Positions 1 to 8,075 of a stretch of DNA of 32,000 bases are shown piece after piece. The position numbers and the translations under genes are program-made. The stretch comes from Thermofilum pendens Hrk 5 (GTDB taxonomy: Archaea > Thermoproteota > Thermoprotei > Thermofilales > Thermofilaceae): positions 1,260,001 through 1,292,000 of the forward strand of contig NC_008698.1 of the NCBI RefSeq assembly GCF_000015225.1. The letters run 5' to 3'. The notes beneath the pieces were generated by a model. That model saw nothing but the letters and a program-made list of their open reading frames with translations. It was not told the DNA's origin and ran no database searches. Position 1 is the stretch's first letter. Each line of letters begins with the position of its first letter.

Positions 1-1
1 C

Positions 2-169
2 TGGGTGCGGGTAGTCAAGGCCGGGTTCCCGGAGGCAAGGGTGGGCGCGTCCGGCGGGGTAACGGCCGAGAACGTGGCCGACTACGCGCGGGCAGGGGTC
101 GACGTAGTGGTAACGTCAGCCCCGTTTAGAGCCCTACCCCTAGACTTCACGACGGCGATGGGCCGCTAA
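2..169 (+). CDS. nadC: 3' end of a quinolinate phosphoribosyltransferase-like gene (NadC/ModD family); 5' end lies outside the window
   Basis: Frame 2 is open from the window edge to TAA at 167-169. The translation ...EARVGASGGVTAENVADYARAGVDVVVTSAPFRALPLDFTTAMGR* matches the C-terminal SG(G/N)(I/V)T..N...YA.(T/A)GVD......AL....LD pattern of NadC-type enzymes. The ORF track omits it because it is truncated. Confidence 0.5.
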   Translation, partial: WVRVVKAGFPEARVGASGGVTAENVADYARAGVDVVVTSAPFRALPLDFTTAMGR

Positions 170-195
170 CGCAACAACCGGCGAGAAAGCCCCAC

Positions 196-642
196 GTCTT
201 AGTCTTGCCGATTTTGAACGGGCGAATCCCAGTCTATCGACGGGTCAGGGATACTCTCTTAGTCTTGCTGATTTTGAACTAGCGCTCGCAAGGCATGCGC
301 AAACGAAGGTCGTCATGGCTCTTAGTCTTGCTGATTTTGAACACGCCGCCGGTCTACGAGGTCAGGCTAGCCGCACTGCTACACTCTTAGTCTTGCTGAT
401 TTTGAACTGTATGATAAAAGAATTCACGTCCCGATCCACGTCAACTCTTAGTCTTGCTGATTTTGAACATACGGGGTCGTCCCTCTGCGCGGCGAGCTTG
501 TCTCTTAGTCTTGCTGATTTTGAACTTGTCCCGTACGGATTCGGCGCGCTCATGCTCGCGCCTCTTAGTCTTGCTGATTTTGAACTCCTAAGGCTTGCCC
601 CATTTTGCGCGGACATCCCTCTTAGTCTTGCTGATTTTGAAC
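196..642 (-). CRISPR. CRISPR array 1: 8 repeats, 7 spacers
   Basis: The 24-nt repeat CTCTTAGTCTTGCTGATTTTGAAC (+ strand) starts at 196, 256, 319, 384, 445, 502, 562 and 619. Spacers are 33-41 nt. The copy at 196 is degenerate (GTCTTAGTCTTGCCGATTTTGAAC). The conserved leader lies to the right, so the array is read on the minus strand. Confidence 0.97.
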
Positions 643-883
643 TGAGGGGTTTGTGGGAGCCTTTTCCCGCAAATCCGGGTTTTATTTCTCTGTGGTGGTA
701 TAAAACGTTTTCTGTTCCCTTCTTCCCAACGAGAACAAATCCCCGAAACACTTTTATAAATGACGCCGTCATGCCAATCCGACGGGAAAGCCTGGCAAGG
801 GAGAAATCCCCGAAATGCTTTTATTGTTGACAGTGTCAAGGGTTTATAAGCCTTCCCGGGCGCGGGGCTTTAAGGGTTGAATG
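643..883 (-). promoter_or_regulatory. CRISPR leader copy L1 (serves array 1)
   Basis: This sequence recurs next to all four arrays. It contains TATA-like elements (rc of GGTATAAAACG at about 697-707, TTTTATAAAT at 752-761, GGTTTATAAGCC at 841-852). It also has two AAATCCCCGAAA motifs and two TGAC-N3-GTCA palindromes (761-771, 828-838). Confidence 0.85.
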
Positions 884-1985
884 GGTTCTTGCTTTTTTGC
901 TGGTGTTTTTCTCTGAGTTTCGCGGCTTTTTCGCAGAGTTTTTCTGGGAGCTGGATGGGTATGAGTGTGCCCCATCCTGTGTCGCTGTGTAGCCCTGCTC
1001 CTTCCTCGTATGTTTTCCTCGGGTTTGCCTTTGCGATTGCGAGCGTGTTTCCGGCTATGCCTGGTAGGGGGTCTCTGTGCCTCCCGTCTTTGAGGCTGTA
1101 GCCCGGGGTTACGAGTGTTGTTTTGGAGTCGAAGAGGGGTTTGAGAGTGGATGTTGCTAGCAGTATTTCCGCGCTTTTGACTGCCTGCTGGAGTAGCGTT
1201 GTCGTTGCTAGGGGCCCGCTCGTGCGCGGGGGTTCGGGTAGCAGTATCGGGGTTACCTGGAGTAGCGCTACGCACTGCTCGTCGCCGGGTAGCTCTTCGA
1301 GGAGTATCTGCCCGGGCGCCACCTCGACCTTTACGGGTGCCCCGTCGCTGGCGAACCTCGCGGCGTACTCGCGCGTCGAGGCGCAGTCGGCGCCCAGGAT
1401 CTCGGCTGCTACGGCGGCGTCTGCGCCCAGCGCGGCTTTCAGGTCTAGCTCCGCGGCGGAGTAGAGGTAGCCTTCGCGGGCGACCTTGACAGCCCTCTCG
1501 AGCCCTACCCCCATCCTCCACTCCGGCTTGGCCTCCGCGTAGGCGCCTCTCAGCGCCCGGCCCGCCTTCTCCAGAAGCTCGCTCCCCCTGCTGGCCGAGC
1601 CCTCCAGGTACGCTTCGAGGGCGTCGAGGTAGGCTTCCAGGGCCTCGGGGACAGCCCTCCTGAGGGCCTGGAGCTCCGCGTAGCCGCCCGCCAGCGCGGC
1701 GTAGACCTTCCCGCGGGAGACGACGTAGCCGGGCCTGAGCTTGACGGAGCGGCACGCGCACCCCTGCCCCTCGAGTAGCGCCTTGACTCCCTCCAGGGGG
1801 TCTGCCGGGGGCTCCGGGCGCGAGTAGCCTATCGATGCCAGTAGACCGGCCAGGGTCGAGGGTAGCGGGTAGTGCATCGTGGACGCGTGGGTCGCGGGCC
1901 CGCTGGCGTACGGGTCGAAGGCGCCGGTCCTCCTGAACCTGACCCTGTCCACCGGGTATACCAGGACGCGCGCCACCAGCGTCAC
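870..1985 (-). CDS. cmr3: Cmr3 (type III-B RAMP subunit)
   Basis: 371 aa. The N-terminus VYPVDRVRFRRTGAFDP...HYPLPSTLAGLLAS fits the Cmr3 pattern (P.D.l.FR.grpf ... P.PST.aG.lr). It is the last gene of the cmr operon. The GTG start overlaps the cas10 stop (GTGA at 1982-1985). Confidence 0.8.
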   Translation of the reverse strand: MTLVARVLVYPVDRVRFRRTGAFDPYASGPATHASTMHYPLPSTLAGLLASIGYSRPEPPADPLEGVKALLEGQGCACRSVKLRPGYVVSRGKVYAALAGGYAELQALRRAVPEALEAYLDALEAYLEGSASRGSELLEKAGRALRGAYAEAKPEWRMGVGLERAVKVAREGYLYSAAELDLKAALGADAAVAAEILGADCASTREYAARFASDGAPVKVEVAPGQILLEELPGDEQCVALLQVTPILLPEPPRTSGPLATTTLLQQAVKSAEILLATSTLKPLFDSKTTLVTPGYSLKDGRHRDPLPGIAGNTLAIAKANPRKTYEEGAGLHSDTGWGTLIPIQLPEKLCEKAAKLREKHQQKSKNPFNP

Positions 1986-4918
1986 CCCTCCATCCTCTTG
2001 AGCGCCTTGGCGGCCCGGAGCACCAGGGTTGCGAGGCTCTCCTCCCTCCCGTCCGCCGACCTGAGCCTAGCCGCTACAAGCTCCTCGCCCAGCACCCTCC
2101 CCGCCACCTCGTCGGGGTTCCTCCTGGTGTTCCTGGAGACCAGGTAGCGCAGGGCGAGCCACGCCTCGCGCGTCCTCGACTCGGCGGCGAGCCTCTCCAC
2201 GAGCTCGTCGAAGCGCCACGAGAAGAAGTCGTAGAAGAGGCTCGACGAGACCTCCCCGCGTAGCTCCATGGAGGCCAGTAGCGCGGCCTTCCAAACGGGG
2301 CTCCCGGCCAGCCCGGCGCCGGGCCCCGCCCTGAAGGGTAGCATCGCGGAGGAGCCGGACCTGAGGTCCTCTAGCCGGACGGCGTCCCTCTCGACGGTTG
2401 CGGGCCCGTACACCGCGGTGCAAGCCTTCGCCTCTTCGAGCATCTCGGACGACCTCGCCACGGCCGCGCTGAGCGGGTCCCTGTAGTGGATCGAGAGCAC
2501 CGCGTACGACCTTCCGTAGCTCCTGGGGGCGGGCGAGACGAGCGGGATTCCGGGCGACGCGTGGAAGCCCCTCGGCCCCCTCCCGCGCTCCCCCCAGTAG
2601 CCCCTGCGGGTCCTGAGGGCGGCTTCCAGCGCCACGTACCTCCCGCCGGCCGTCGCAGGCGTCAGCGCGAGCAGGTCGTCCCCGCCCGCGTAGACCACGA
2701 AGCCCCCCAGCCCCTCGACCGCGCGTGCGTCTAGGACGGCGCCGTGGCTGAGCGACCTGGACGCCGAGGCGGTGTAGAGGGGTGAGAGCGTGACGGTCGA
2801 GCCGAGCCTCCCGGCTACGCTCGCGAGTAGCTCCGCCGCCCCGCCCCCGAGCCCGGCCTGCGCCGCGACCCTGCCCGCGTACTCCCCCGCGCCGAGCCGC
2901 AGCCTCGCCCGGAGCAGCCTGGACCCCGCGTAGTCCCCGTCCCCCTTCACCACGGCGAGCCGCGTCCTCCTCTTCCCGGCTATGGACCTGAACAGCTCCT
3001 CGATCTCCCTGCGCGCCTCCCCATCCCCGAGCGCGTCCAGGGCTTTCGCGAACCTCTCCCTGTACTCCTGCTCCGTCGCCGCCTCGATGAGGGCTGCGAG
3101 CAGCCTGAGCGCGACGAGCGCGACCTCCCTGCCGGCCCTCCTGTAGGCCCTCCGCGCGAGCCTCCGCGAGTAGTACTCGTGGTCCCACTGGAAGCCCGCG
3201 AGGACCTTCGCCACGGCCTCCCGGTGCCTCTCGACCACGTCGAGGACCCTGTCCAGGTGCTCCTCCGCTACCTCCGCGTTCGCGAGCTCGTTCGTCGTGG
3301 GGACGGACCAGAACGTCCTCGCCGCCGGGACCCCGACGGCCCTCAGCGCGGCGAAGGGGTTGAGGGCTACCAGCCTCTTCGCGAGGCACCTCGGGCAGAG
3401 CCTCTCGCCCTCCGTCACGACCCTCCTAGACTCGGGGCCGAGCCCCCCGTACCTGCTGGACGGCGCCCCGACCACGGCCGGCCTCTCGCCGCACACGCTG
3501 CAGAAGCCGAGCCTGCCGAAGACCTCGGCCGCCGCGCCGCACCATCGGCTCGACTGGGCCTCGACGTCCGGGTCCACCCTGCTCAGCTTCCACAGGGCCT
3601 CCTCCGACGGGATGTACTCGTCCATGAGGTAGTGGAAGTAGAGCGCCCGCTCGTCGAGCGATACCCTGGCGCCGCCCGCCTCCGCCGCGGGCTCCCCGCC
3701 GAACACCCTGCCCAGCCACTCCCTGTACCTAGCGTAGGACTCCCCGTGCCTGAACACTATGAGCCTCTGCGGGAGCGGTAGCGTCGAGGCGACGCTCTCG
3801 ACGTACTCCTCCAGCTCCGAGGCGTCTGCCTCGACCCCGTTCGCCCTGAGGGTCTCGCCGAGCAGCGCGCCCAGCCTCCCCTCGGAGAGGACGGCTCCGA
3901 CCGCCTTGGACCAGGCCTCGGAGGCCTTCCTCTCTATGAAGCCCCTAAGCGAGGCCTCGTCGCGCAGGGCGTCCTCGAGGGCCCCGGGAACCTCCGGGAG
4001 GAAGAGCACAGCGCGCGTGGGCATTATCGGGTGCCTCGGGAAGCCCGAGTAGCCGTACGCGAGCCTCGCCGCCTCCCTGGCCGCCCCGTAGGCCCCGGTG
4101 CCCCTGAGCCTTCCGAGGAGCCACGCCGCGTAGAACCAGTTCCCCCTCAGCGAGGGCGTCACGACGACGTCTGGCCCCAGGAGCTCGACGAACGGCTGGA
4201 CGGTGGCCCACGTGACGAGCGAGGCTACCCACGAGGAGGCCCAGAGGTCGAGGGCCTTCCTGGCCTTGGAGATGTACTCCTGGACCCCCGCGTAGTCCAC
4301 GACGACCACGTAGCCCCTGAAGGAGCCGCCCCTGAAGGCGTTCGCGAGCGTGGCCGCCGCGTAGACGTGGTCGAAGACCGTGTACACCGGGAACCTCGGG
4401 TCGGCCGGCGATACGACGGGCGCGCCGCACGCGCGGAACCAGAGCGGCTCCAGGAGGAACCAGAGCGCGTGGTACCTCAGGGCCGCGTCCCCCAGGCCTG
4501 AGAGAGCGTTCGCGAGGCTCTCCGCGAAGGCCGGGGCGGCGGACTCCACTGTCCGCGCGTACGCCCTGAGGTCGCAGCCGTTGCCCGGGTCGAGGCACAC
4601 GTCCGGGTCGAACACGTTCAGGAGCACGAGCCTCTCCGGCGGCTGCACGCCTGCCCCGTCGAGCACGAGCGGCTCGGCGCCGAGCGCCAGGCGGGCGAGC
4701 TCCTTCACCTCCCCGAGCCTCCTCTCGAGGACCTCCGCGAGCCCCAGCCTCTCCGCCACCGCGAGGGCGTCCGCCTCCCAGTGCCCCGCCCCCCGCTTCG
4801 CCCAGGGCAGTAGCGGCGCCTTCTTCAGCTGCGCGAAGGCCTTCCACGGCGGCTCGTACAGCAGGGCGGCGGTCTTCACCTCCAGTAGCTCCCCGATGCT
4901 CGAGTACACGCCCCTCAC
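1982..4918 (-). CDS. cas10: Cas10/Cmr2 large subunit (type III-B), no HD domain evident
   Basis: 978 aa. First palm-like segment is VVVVDYAGVQEYISKARKALDLWASSW. Zn-finger cysteines are CSVCGERP...CPRCLAKR. Second palm is RLAVVKGDGDYAG ... FVVYAGGDDLLALTP, with the GGDD cyclase motif intact. The N-terminus starts at ...ALLYEPPWKAF, and I see no H...HD signature. Confidence 0.9.
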   Translation of the reverse strand: MRGVYSSIGELLEVKTAALLYEPPWKAFAQLKKAPLLPWAKRGAGHWEADALAVAERLGLAEVLERRLGEVKELARLALGAEPLVLDGAGVQPPERLVLLNVFDPDVCLDPGNGCDLRAYARTVESAAPAFAESLANALSGLGDAALRYHALWFLLEPLWFRACGAPVVSPADPRFPVYTVFDHVYAAATLANAFRGGSFRGYVVVVDYAGVQEYISKARKALDLWASSWVASLVTWATVQPFVELLGPDVVVTPSLRGNWFYAAWLLGRLRGTGAYGAAREAARLAYGYSGFPRHPIMPTRAVLFLPEVPGALEDALRDEASLRGFIERKASEAWSKAVGAVLSEGRLGALLGETLRANGVEADASELEEYVESVASTLPLPQRLIVFRHGESYARYREWLGRVFGGEPAAEAGGARVSLDERALYFHYLMDEYIPSEEALWKLSRVDPDVEAQSSRWCGAAAEVFGRLGFCSVCGERPAVVGAPSSRYGGLGPESRRVVTEGERLCPRCLAKRLVALNPFAALRAVGVPAARTFWSVPTTNELANAEVAEEHLDRVLDVVERHREAVAKVLAGFQWDHEYYSRRLARRAYRRAGREVALVALRLLAALIEAATEQEYRERFAKALDALGDGEARREIEELFRSIAGKRRTRLAVVKGDGDYAGSRLLRARLRLGAGEYAGRVAAQAGLGGGAAELLASVAGRLGSTVTLSPLYTASASRSLSHGAVLDARAVEGLGGFVVYAGGDDLLALTPATAGGRYVALEAALRTRRGYWGERGRGPRGFHASPGIPLVSPAPRSYGRSYAVLSIHYRDPLSAAVARSSEMLEEAKACTAVYGPATVERDAVRLEDLRSGSSAMLPFRAGPGAGLAGSPVWKAALLASMELRGEVSSSLFYDFFSWRFDELVERLAAESRTREAWLALRYLVSRNTRRNPDEVAGRVLGEELVAARLRSADGREESLATLVLRAAKALKRMEG

Positions 4919-5811
4919 CCCGCACCGGGACGAGTGGACCTGCCCCTCCTAGCCCTCGCGGGCTTCACCCGGAGGGGCGTCCTGTGCTCCGACCCGTTGA
5001 TCACCGCGGAGCGCGAGACGACCTCGAACCTCCCGTAGCCCTGGCTCGTCCTCGCCCCAACGCCGCTGGCGAGCGCGTACTCCAAGAGGCCTAGCAGGAG
5101 CGACGCCGGCCCCCCGCCCTGGACGCCGAGCCTCCCGCAGATGTTCGCGAGGGCGCGGTCCACCTCCTCGTGGAGGACGCCCCCTCCCGGCTCGACCGCG
5201 ACGACGAACCTGAAGACGGCCCCAGGCGCGATCGAGACGTGCGCCACGGGCACGGGCTCGACCTCGTACTCGAACCTCACGGGCCTCCCGCCCCTGCTGT
5301 AGTGCGGCGTCACGATGTCTGGCTCGAGGAGCCTGTCCCCGGCCTCGACGGGGTAGGCGTCGAAGAAGAGCAGTAGCCCGGCCCACCCCGAGTCCCCGCC
5401 CCTCCCGAACAGGACGTCCGCGTCGTCCCTCGAGGCGCGCTCTGCGACCGCCCTCACGGCGCCCTTGACGCTGGAGCCCGGTATGAACGGCAGGTCCAGC
5501 ACGTGGTCCCAGCTAACCCCCACCTCGAACACGCTTCTCAAAACCCCGTGCGACACCCCGACGGCTCCCATCGTGGAGAGCTTCGCGTCAACCACGAAGA
5601 CGTGGAAGCCCGCCAGCGCGAGCCCCGCGGCTAGGCTCTCGAGCCTCTCCCTGGACAGCCTCAGCTTCTCGTCCAGTTCGCGTCCCCGCGAGTAGTTCTC
5701 GACTATTCTCTCGATGAGCCTCCTCCTCAGCTCCTCCTTCTCCGCCTCCGGGTTCTTCAGGAGCTCGTCGACGTATCCGTAAACCAGGCCCAGCAGGTCC
5801 ACCGCGATCAC
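4915..5811 (-). CDS. cmr6: Cmr6 (RAMP)
   Basis: 298 aa. Motifs are LPFIPGSSVKGAVRAV, LLLFFDAYP, PDIVTPHY, and the C-terminal glycine-rich GVGARTSQGYGRF, which are typical Cmr6 features. The GTG start overlaps the cmr1 stop (GTGA at 5808-5811). Confidence 0.8.
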   Translation of the reverse strand: MIAVDLLGLVYGYVDELLKNPEAEKEELRRRLIERIVENYSRGRELDEKLRLSRERLESLAAGLALAGFHVFVVDAKLSTMGAVGVSHGVLRSVFEVGVSWDHVLDLPFIPGSSVKGAVRAVAERASRDDADVLFGRGGDSGWAGLLLFFDAYPVEAGDRLLEPDIVTPHYSRGGRPVRFEYEVEPVPVAHVSIAPGAVFRFVVAVEPGGGVLHEEVDRALANICGRLGVQGGGPASLLLGLLEYALASGVGARTSQGYGRFEVVSRSAVINGSEHRTPLRVKPARARRGRSTRPGAG

Positions 5812-7571
5812 CTCAGCAGGTACACAACCCAGTCCCTCGCGAGCTCCTGGACTTTCACGAGGAGCTCCGCCGCGTCCCCGGGGAGCGCGACGACCCTCCT
5901 CTGAGAGACGTCGGCGGCGCCGAGGGGGTCCGACCCGCAGTCCTCGGTCCAGCCGGTCGTCGACGCGCCCCTCCCAACGTCGATCACGTGCAAGTATCTG
6001 CTACCCTGGTGTATACCGACGTGGGCGAGGACGGCTCTCCGCGCCTCGGGGCTCAGGAACGGCTTGATGTCTAGGCGCTTGAGCAGGACGACGGCTACCC
6101 CGAGCCCGTTGCCCGCGGGGACGGGGGACAGCACGAGCGGCGACTTCCACCTCTTCAGGTCGTTCCTAAAGCTGAGGCGTTGCAAGCAGTAGTCCACGTC
6201 TCCCTGCGCGCCTCCAAGGCTCTCCGCGTCGACGACGACGTAGCCCGTGCAGGAGTTTCCCTTGCACACGGCTCTCGGCAGGCCCAGCCCCCACGTGTGG
6301 AACGGGAAGCCCGGGCCCGTCACGCCCCATTCAGCCCCGGAGATCGACTGCCAGTAGGCCTTCCACGTGCTCTTCAGCGTGGCCTTGCCTACGGCGCTCA
6401 GCACGCACAGCACGTCCCCCGAGCATGGCTTCTTGGAGGGCTTAACCCTCGCGGCCTCCCTGGATGCGTACGGGTACGGGTGCGCCGGCCTCTCGATCAG
6501 CGTTACCTCGGCGTTCGAGATCCTCGGGACGCTCGCCACCGTCCTCCTCGCCTCCGCCTCGACGCCGAGGGCCCTCAGCGCCCGCTCAGCCAGCCCCAGG
6601 CACTCCTCCCTGAAGCCCTCGAGGTCTCTCTCCTCGAGGCGCGCGGCGGCCTTCTCGACCAGCGGGTGCACGTTGCCCCTCGGCGACTTGGGGGCGAACC
6701 TGCCGAAGCCCCTGCTCGAAGCCTTCCCGATTCCGAAGAGCAGTAGCCCGTAGACCAGTAGGAGCTCCTCGAGCCGCTTCACGCTCTCCGCGAGCTCCTC
6801 CCCCCGCGCGGGCTCCAGGGCCCCGGAGAGCATGTCCCCGTCGAGGTAGAGCTCGACGCGCATGGAGACGCACCCCTCCCTGAGCGGCTGGACCTCGAAG
6901 AGGCTCCTCGCGAACTCCTCCTGCCTTTTGCCCCTCAGCTTGCCGAGCCTCTGGGCGTTCAGCAGTACGCGCGGGACTGTGAACAGCTCGGCGAACCCCG
7001 CCGCCTTGTCCTCCGGCCTCGCCTCCCCCCTCAGCGCCCTGAAGCCCCGGTCCTCGAGCTCCTGTAGCAGCGCGCTCGGCTTCTGCGAGTAAACGCCCCA
7101 CCCTTTACCCCCGGCTATGCTCTTGATCAGCTTTAGCACGTCCTGGTACTCGGCGTAGACGGGTGAGCGGCAGTTCAGCTTCGGCTTCACGACGACCGAG
7201 AGGGCGCCCGCCCTGGACCCTACGCGTTGCCCCCCGGGCCTCGCGTGCTCCACGGTTCCGAAGATCGCCTCGACGAGGCCCGGCTTGCTGGACCCGCAGT
7301 TCGGGAAGCACTCGACCGCGGCGTAGCCGTGGCTGGCCAGCTGGTCGTCGGGGACGAAGCTCGCTACCACCGCTCTGGTAAGCCACCTCAGCAGCCCCTT
7401 CACGCTCCTGGCCGTAGGGAGCGAGTAGTAGGCTTTCGTGCACCTCTCGTCCAGGCACCTCACAGCGTCCTGGGTGTGCCTGCCGCCGTACCACGGGGTG
7501 ATGTTCACGAAGTCCGCCGAGAAGAAGCACCCCGGCCTCGCGCCGACGGCTGAGAGCTCCTCCACCTCCAA
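5808..7571 (-). CDS. cmr1: Cmr1-like RAMP protein (long, two RAMP-like halves)
   Basis: 587 aa. NITPWYGGRHTQ...LPTARSVKGLLRWLTRAVV matches the Cmr1 pattern tP.f.GG ... siKG.LRfW.Ra. A glycine-rich loop FGIGKASSRGFGRF sits mid-protein. The start is TTG at 7571 or GTG at 7565. Confidence 0.7.
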   Translation of the reverse strand: MEVEELSAVGARPGCFFSADFVNITPWYGGRHTQDAVRCLDERCTKAYYSLPTARSVKGLLRWLTRAVVASFVPDDQLASHGYAAVECFPNCGSSKPGLVEAIFGTVEHARPGGQRVGSRAGALSVVVKPKLNCRSPVYAEYQDVLKLIKSIAGGKGWGVYSQKPSALLQELEDRGFRALRGEARPEDKAAGFAELFTVPRVLLNAQRLGKLRGKRQEEFARSLFEVQPLREGCVSMRVELYLDGDMLSGALEPARGEELAESVKRLEELLLVYGLLLFGIGKASSRGFGRFAPKSPRGNVHPLVEKAAARLEERDLEGFREECLGLAERALRALGVEAEARRTVASVPRISNAEVTLIERPAHPYPYASREAARVKPSKKPCSGDVLCVLSAVGKATLKSTWKAYWQSISGAEWGVTGPGFPFHTWGLGLPRAVCKGNSCTGYVVVDAESLGGAQGDVDYCLQRLSFRNDLKRWKSPLVLSPVPAGNGLGVAVVLLKRLDIKPFLSPEARRAVLAHVGIHQGSRYLHVIDVGRGASTTGWTEDCGSDPLGAADVSQRRVVALPGDAAELLVKVQELARDWVVYLLR

Positions 7572-7577
7572 CCCGGC

Positions 7578-8075
7578 TCACCTCCCGAGAAGCGCCCTGG
7601 CGAGCTTGCCGAGCTCGACCACGAATGGTTCCAGGGTTGCGAGGACTACGAGCTCCCCGCCGCCCCTGCGTATGCAGTCTAGGAATTCGGCGACTCCCCG
7701 CGCGGCGTCGCCGTCCAGCTTCAGGGAGCACCCGGCGGGCGCCTGCCTAGCCGCGTAGGCGAGGATCGCGGCGAGGGCCGAGGCGTAGCCCAGCCCCTCC
7801 TCCCTCAGGTCCTCGAGCATCTTCTCCCTGCGCGCGTCCCTCGGGAGGCTCCCGGAGGAGAAGAGCGAGTAGAAGTCTCTGAGCACGCCGTAGTCCTCGA
7901 CCTTGGACAGGTAGAACGCGAGGGCCGGCACGAGCCCCGCCGCCGAGACGAGCCCCGGAAAGTCCTCCACCCTCCTCTGGAACGACTCCCCGCACCCCTC
8001 GGCGCCGCCGCAGAGGTCGCGCACCGCCGTGCACACGCGCAGGGCCTCCTCGAAGGGCTCCGGCAACCCGCTCAC
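7578..8075 (-). CDS. cmr5: Cmr5 (type III-B small subunit)
   Basis: The track ORF 7578..8309 overlaps cmr4 by 237 nt. An in-frame GTG at 8075 overlaps the cmr4 TGA (GTGA) and gives a 165-aa helical protein. FPGLVSAAGLVPALAFYLSK matches the Cmr5 pattern lP.li...GL..alaFl.sK. Confidence 0.75.
   Translation of the reverse strand: MSGLPEPFEEALRVCTAVRDLCGGAEGCGESFQRRVEDFPGLVSAAGLVPALAFYLSKVEDYGVLRDFYSLFSSGSLPRDARREKMLEDLREEGLGYASALAAILAYAARQAPAGCSLKLDGDAARGVAEFLDCIRRGGGELVVLATLEPFVVELGKLARALLGR

Noticed and set aside
280-318. The array 1 spacer at 280-318 shares CGCxCGCxAGGCATG-like sequence with the related pair at 11838/21930. Separately, the array 1 spacer at 526-561 and the array 3 spacer at 12078-12114 share ACGGATT plus GCGCGYTCAYGC with a 4-nt indel.
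   Set aside because: The similarity is short, GC/CG low-complexity, and needs offsets or gaps. I cannot distinguish it from chance without a proper statistical comparison.
315-830. Dozens of track ORFs inside the arrays contain reiterated peptides (LSLADFE, KISKTKS/R, SKSARLR, LLVLLILN). Examples are 315..830, 362..772, 9586..9789, 10251..10611, 10828..11065, 11154..13515 and 22009..22316.
   Set aside because: The reiterated peptides are simply the 24-nt CRISPR repeat translated in different frames and strands. The periodicity equals the repeat-spacer unit, so these are not genes.
844-7731. Long Arg/Gly/Pro-rich ORFs overlap the cmr genes in other frames or on the other strand. Examples are 844..1761, 2067..3389, 3179..3781, 3945..4925, 4949..5386, 6180..6746, 6586..7101 and 7105..7731.
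   Set aside because: They have low-complexity, GC-driven composition and no motifs. Each is fully overlapped by an ORF with clear Cmr family signatures. These are typical shadow ORFs of GC3-rich coding DNA.
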